The translations under genes were made by a program, and so were the position numbers. A model generated the notes under the pieces. That model saw only the letters and a program-made list of their open reading frames with translations. It did no database searches and was not told the DNA's origin. Positions 31,426 through 33,166 of a stretch of DNA of 33,166 nucleotides are shown piece by piece; the stretch's first letter is position 1, and each line of letters opens with the position of its first letter. Source of the DNA: Microcystaceae cyanobacterium (GTDB lineage: Bacteria; Cyanobacteriota; Cyanobacteriia; Cyanobacteriales; Microcystaceae); contig JBGTGT010000124.1 in assembly GCA_041746575.1 (NCBI GenBank), positions 1-33,166 of the forward strand, given 5' to 3'.

Positions 31426-32970
31426 CTAAGGCTTTTCAAATAAGCGATTATCGGGTAAGTTACTCACTGCTCGTTGAAGATCATTGAGAGATTGATTATA
31501 ATTAATAATTGCCTGTAAAAACTCACTACGGGCATCAGTTAAGTCTCTTTGGGAGTTAATAACATCCGTTTGGGTTCCTACCCCTGCTTGGAAGCGCAAA
31601 CGAGCTAATCGTAATGATTCTTCTGCTAGTTCAACATTTCTACGGGTGGTTCCAATATTTTCCCGATTGGAAATCATGCTGAAGTAAGCTTCTTCGACTT
31701 CAAAGCGAATTTGGTCTAGTTGATTGGCAAAATTAGTGTCAGCAATATCAATATTACGGTTAGCCGCCCGTTCTTGGGCAAATGCTTGACCCCCGTCAAA
31801 TAGGCGCCACTGTAGGCTAGTACCGAAGATATAACCGTTAGTTACTGGAATGGGATCATCAAAATCATCACTAAAACCCCAATTCGCAAAGAATCTTACC
31901 ATTGGACGAATGCCTGCCAGCGCAATTTCACGATCTTGTTCACTGATTTCCCGTTGAACGATCTGTTGTTCTAATTCTGCCCGATTTTTGTAGGCTTGTA
32001 CGATCGTTTCCTCTAGCGTAAGTGGCCAAAGCCCCGATTCGCTAATTTCATCGGCAGCCGTAAATTCAGCGTGCTGATTTACATTCAAAACGGTCACAAG
32101 TTGCCGTCTAGCCGTGCGCTGGTTACCAATAGCAGTTGTTAAGCCTTGATTTGCCCTTGCCAAATCTACTTCAGCCCGTAACGTGTCAAAACGAGTCCCT
32201 AATCCCGCATTTTCTAGGAGTTGGGCATCTCGTAAACTTTGGGTGGTATCTTCGACTGCCGCTTGAGCGATCGCCACTTGAGCATCCGCATTTTGCAAAT
32301 CGTAGTAACTTTGAGTCACATCGGCTCGTAATTGTTCTAAAACTCGCTCCACCTCCAACTGTTGCTGTTGGACTTCTTTTTCTGCCCGTTGGATCCGCGC
32401 CGCTCGCTCTCCCCCTTGATAAATATTGTAATTGAGTTCAAATTGTCCCGAAACATTGGTTGTTTCTTCGTTAACTTCGGTTGTTTCGGTAAAGATTTGT
32501 TGATTTCTTCTTAGTCGTTGAAGATTTCGGATATTAGTCGCTTGAGCGCCTTGAGAACGCTGACGATCAAATTGGGTGTTAAAGTCTATGGTAGGAAAGA
32601 GGAGCGCTCGCGCATTTTCCAATTGAGCTTGACGTTCCTCTAATTGTAAGCGAGCCGTCTTGAGCGTCGTATTATTTTGGAGAGCAATTGCCAAGGCTTG
32701 GTCTAAGGTAACCGGATTAACCCGTGTCACATCCACTTCGGGCGGACGAGTCGGGAAAAACAAAGGATTTGCACTAGGATCAATCGCTTCGGGAAGAGGT
32801 TGGATCGTTTTTGCTCCTTGAGAAGGTTCGACGTTAAATCGAGGTTCAATCGGATCTATTAGAGGAGATGATGCTGGGGCATCTGACGGTTGTGCCATTG
32901 CGCCCAAACTGCTGATCAACAGTAAACTCACTCCTCCACTCACACCAATAAAATCACGCAAACTTAGCAT
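31426..32970 (-). CDS. TolC family outer membrane efflux protein
   Basis: Signal peptide ending AMA-Q from ATG 32970; two OEP repeats (TLDQALAIALQNN, TLEETIVQAYKNR), RFQAGVGTQTDV. Confidence 0.92.
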   Translation of the reverse strand: MLSLRDFIGVSGGVSLLLISSLGAMAQPSDAPASSPLIDPIEPRFNVEPSQGAKTIQPLPEAIDPSANPLFFPTRPPEVDVTRVNPVTLDQALAIALQNNTTLKTARLQLEERQAQLENARALLFPTIDFNTQFDRQRSQGAQATNIRNLQRLRRNQQIFTETTEVNEETTNVSGQFELNYNIYQGGERAARIQRAEKEVQQQQLEVERVLEQLRADVTQSYYDLQNADAQVAIAQAAVEDTTQSLRDAQLLENAGLGTRFDTLRAEVDLARANQGLTTAIGNQRTARRQLVTVLNVNQHAEFTAADEISESGLWPLTLEETIVQAYKNRAELEQQIVQREISEQDREIALAGIRPMVRFFANWGFSDDFDDPIPVTNGYIFGTSLQWRLFDGGQAFAQERAANRNIDIADTNFANQLDQIRFEVEEAYFSMISNRENIGTTRRNVELAEESLRLARLRFQAGVGTQTDVINSQRDLTDARSEFLQAIINYNQSLNDLQRAVSNLPDNRLFEKP

Positions 32971-33166
32971 AGGTTTGTCTAAAAAGAGTCTAAACGGCAA
33001 TTGATCAAGCCAATATTATTCCCCTCAATTATAAGGCACGGATCTAAGTCTTCTTATAGAAGAAGCGGGCTATATTATTATTTAACCCACTTAATCATCT
33101 ATTTTTGTTTCCAATGTACGATAAACGCTTTAAACAGAAGTTTAATTGCTTTATCGCTTACCCTTG

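Overview
Chromosomal window from a cyanobacterium, probably unicellular Chroococcales-like (10 HIP1 GCGATCGC sites, prk, CpcD-domain petH). The core is the fused S10-spc-alpha-L13 ribosomal protein supercluster, rplC to rpmE (5760-21860), including secY, adk, infA, rpmJ (missing from the ORF track), rpoA and truA. To its left are an IS982-like end with a transposase N-terminus, an MntA/HepT toxin-antitoxin pair, a B12/radical SAM gene, malQ, a MITE with the same terminal repeats as the IS, and a frameshifted small gene. To its right are divergent prk/petH, a co-oriented dedA, DUF4332-like, YqiJ/NfeD-like and flotillin run, lysS, a 2Fe-2S ferredoxin and a TolC-family gene. The most notable unexplained structure is non-coding. 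AACYATY-type heptamer arrays end exactly at the ATG of seven SD-less genes in the operon, often with a complementary GTGAATMG arm just after the upstream stop codon. There is also a ~300-nt multi-hairpin leader before rplC. All calls come from reading the sequence; no database searches or folding programs were run.
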